From: Glycera tridactyla
Taxonomy: Eukaryota
Assembly (NCBI GenBank): GCA_965644265.1
Contig: OZ286466.1
Coordinates: forward strand, 20,708,001 to 20,772,000
Reading direction: 5' to 3'
Length of the DNA: 64,000 nt
The position numbers and the translations under genes are program-made. This document shows, piece after piece, positions 61,226 through 64,000 of the stretch (position 1 is the stretch's first letter; each line of letters starts with the position of its first letter). The notes under the pieces are model-generated. The model worked only from the letters and a program-made list of their open reading frames with translations. It searched no databases and was not told the DNA's origin.

Positions 61226-61489
61226 NNNNNNNNNNNNNNNNNNNNNNNNNNNNNNNNNNNNNNNNNNNNNNNNNNNNNNNNNNNNNNNNNNNNNNNNNNN
61301 NNNNNNNNNNNNNNNNNNNNNNNNNNNNNNNNNNNNNNNNNNNNNNNNNNNNNNNNNNNNNNNNNNNNNNNNNNNNNNNNNNNNNNNNNNNNNNNNNGAC
61401 ATAATTAGTGGTAATATGTGGTGACGAAAGCACATGGGGGCATATGATTCGATGTTTGTTTGTTTGAGGTTTAACGGCATGTATATACC

Positions 61490-61727
61490 CTAGGATTATG
61501 TATGCCGAGTGTTTCTGGTTAATGAAAGCTAGATGTTCTCTCTTCTGCAGACATCTCTCTCACAAACCCTGAACACAGATGATGGGGAACCTGAAAGGTT
61601 GTCAACTGGAAGTAGCCGACAGTTCAGGCACACCTCTACTTACTCAATACGAAAAAGCTGAATCTTATGATGACATATCTAATCATATAACTGACTGGAA
61701 GCTGACACTCAAGCCTGATAGCAATGC
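61490..61727 (+). mobile_element. Dispersed repeat family C copy (longest core)
   Basis: Aligns by eye with five other loci in the window. Confidence 0.75.
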
Positions 61728-64000
61728 TTTTTTTTTTTAATATGATTACTTCCAAAGGGTTCATCATGACAACTGCACTGTATGTCTCACATCACCAAGC
61801 CCTCGTGATAAGCAGTAGGCAGAGATCATCCCAGAGTACCCTCCCCCGCCAAAATGCATCAGCCATAGACTATTGCATGAACTTACAATATTTCATAAGG
61901 TAAAGGTGGATGCTTCTGGTTTGCAGCATCGCTGGATGGGAGACCTGCGAATGAGAGTGAAAGCACATGATGGTGCCACCAGGTGAGGCCATTTCATCCT
62001 ACACCCATGAGAAACCTACATTGCAGAGGAATCCTTCCACGCCCGTGTTGAAATATTTGAATTTCAAACCCGTGTATACCACAGAACATGACGAACATCC
62101 ACAGTGTTTCATTGATTTGTCCCCTACGATTCTATGCCGACTTGACCCATAATTGACAGAATCGAATAAAAGGGCCTTCAGTAGTACTGCGATCGGTCAA
62201 TTTTCACAAACCCTCCAAATACTCAATCCTTTCACCTCTGATGGTTTCATATACATTTGTTGTATAGCAATTGAGTCAGGTTGTATAGCGCCTCGAAAAA
62301 TCCATATCGAAACACCTAATCAAAACTATCTATCATTCAAATGAGACCTTATGCAATCTTGATGAACATTTGCATACATAACATTATTTATTACAAAACA
62401 AAGATGATTCCGCTAAGAATGCGCGCATACATATGCATGAGTCACAATTTGAGACAATTGATGAACATTTTCGATAATATGCGCACATCCAATGATCTAT
62501 TTACAATGTGATTGTGAATTTGATGCTTTTGGTGATATGAATCACTAAGGCTATGAGTATCATATGAGTGTATGCGCCATTGATGTCCATTATTTACATA
62601 TTCCATAACATGTTCAATGCACAATGAAATTATGATCTCTGTTCAAAGTTGATGAACAAGGAAGCCTGCATTCCTGCGCGACTGGTTGTTCATTGCATAC
62701 AGTGCTGACTTTATGCGCACTGCTGCAACACAATTCACGCGCTATGTTACTGCAAAATATCTTATGCACATATCACTCGTGCGATATATCGACATTTCTC
62801 AAAAGCTATGGTGCAATACCAACTAATATCAAGGACTGACTTTTTCAGACAACATCCATCTACGGGTCACAACGACTGAAGGTCAGCCATGGAGAAACAC
62901 AACAACGAACTAGATACATGTACCAATAACATGTATGTGATACAAGAAAACTGCAACAGTGCCAAATAGAGGAAATGACTGCACGGGGCATCCTGGATGG
63001 AATTCTTCCAACAACGAAATAAGACTTCATAATCCCACTGGAAACTCGCATCTGACTTTCCTTCCCTCACACTCATATCCACATACACGCGCACACATAT
63101 TCAAAACAGACATTGCTCATATCTTACACACAAATGAATCCTGAAGACTTCCACGGACAGATGCCAGAGGCATATCCTCATCAAACAACCATATAAAAAC
63201 TCTAAGACGTATAAAAATTAATTGTATTTTATTTTCAGATATTTTTTTGTAATTTTAGAGCAACAATGACCGATTATCATTGTAGTTTTAAAAGTCAATT
63301 GTAGAAATCTAAGCAAAGCACTTATTGTCCCAAGAAGGCACCACATTTTTACTTGAATTAACATCCCCTGTGTGCCCTCTTGTACATGCTAGCTTGTCAA
63401 TACTTGTATCCCATATGGCGGGGCCAAGCCTTATTTGCTTGAATATCTTGTCAGGAAGATGCAGCTTAGCCTTCATTCTTTGGCTTCTATTCTGCTGCCG
63501 GATGCATAATAAACATTTGTGATAGGAGAAGGTTATTCACTTCATGTCATTCTGTCCCAAAACATTTCAAACAAATTTCACATGGCCCAGCACATATGCG
63601 ATAACATTTCTCACATGCCTATTAGCGACTTTCTTTATTAAAAAAGGGGTGATCTCACATGAATATGAGAGACCATTGATCTCACATTGCCTAGGTATGT
63701 GAGAAAATATAATCAACATTTTATATTTATGTCCGTAATCCTGGGTGATATATACATTTGTACAAGTTACAAGAATGTATAAATGAGAAAGGGGAAAAAG
63801 CGGTTAGCATTCGAATACACAATACATTTCTTGCTTCAACAACGGTTCAACAATGATACATTCAACTGTCTTTCAGAGATGCCGTTTGCACGTAGAGCAC
63901 ATAGAATTCATATTCTATACTGTTATACTCAAATGAAACTATGATTGTCGTTAATAACAGTGTTTTGGCATAATTGCTTCAAGAAATTGGGAAGATGTGA

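Overview
This is animal (invertebrate-like, AT-rich) genomic DNA from a gapped assembly: 11 N-runs, many flanked by microsatellites. No prokaryotic features, rRNA, tRNA genes or CRISPR arrays are visible. The left end (1-~6.7 kb, minus strand) is a decayed Ty3/Gypsy LTR retrotransposon (gag-PR-RT-RH-IN, running off the window) with an unusual doubled primer-binding site. The rest is mostly repeat-rich intronic or intergenic DNA: three degenerate Penelope-like element (PLE) fragments, CR1/L2 and L1/Tx1-like LINE fragments, several SINE-like families, palindromic MITE-like elements, a Helentron-associated (HINE-like) element, and mini/satellite arrays of 45, 61, ~146, 210 and 356 bp. The best host-gene candidate is a small spliced gene on the minus strand (coding exons 26173-26009 and 19597-19463) encoding a 99-aa, probably N-myristoylated protein. 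The most striking observation is a near-identical 15x61-bp tandem array in the 3' end of a PLE whose monomer is almost entirely a minimal type I hammerhead-ribozyme fold with a variant catalytic core. All family assignments rest on motif recognition by eye; no searches were run.
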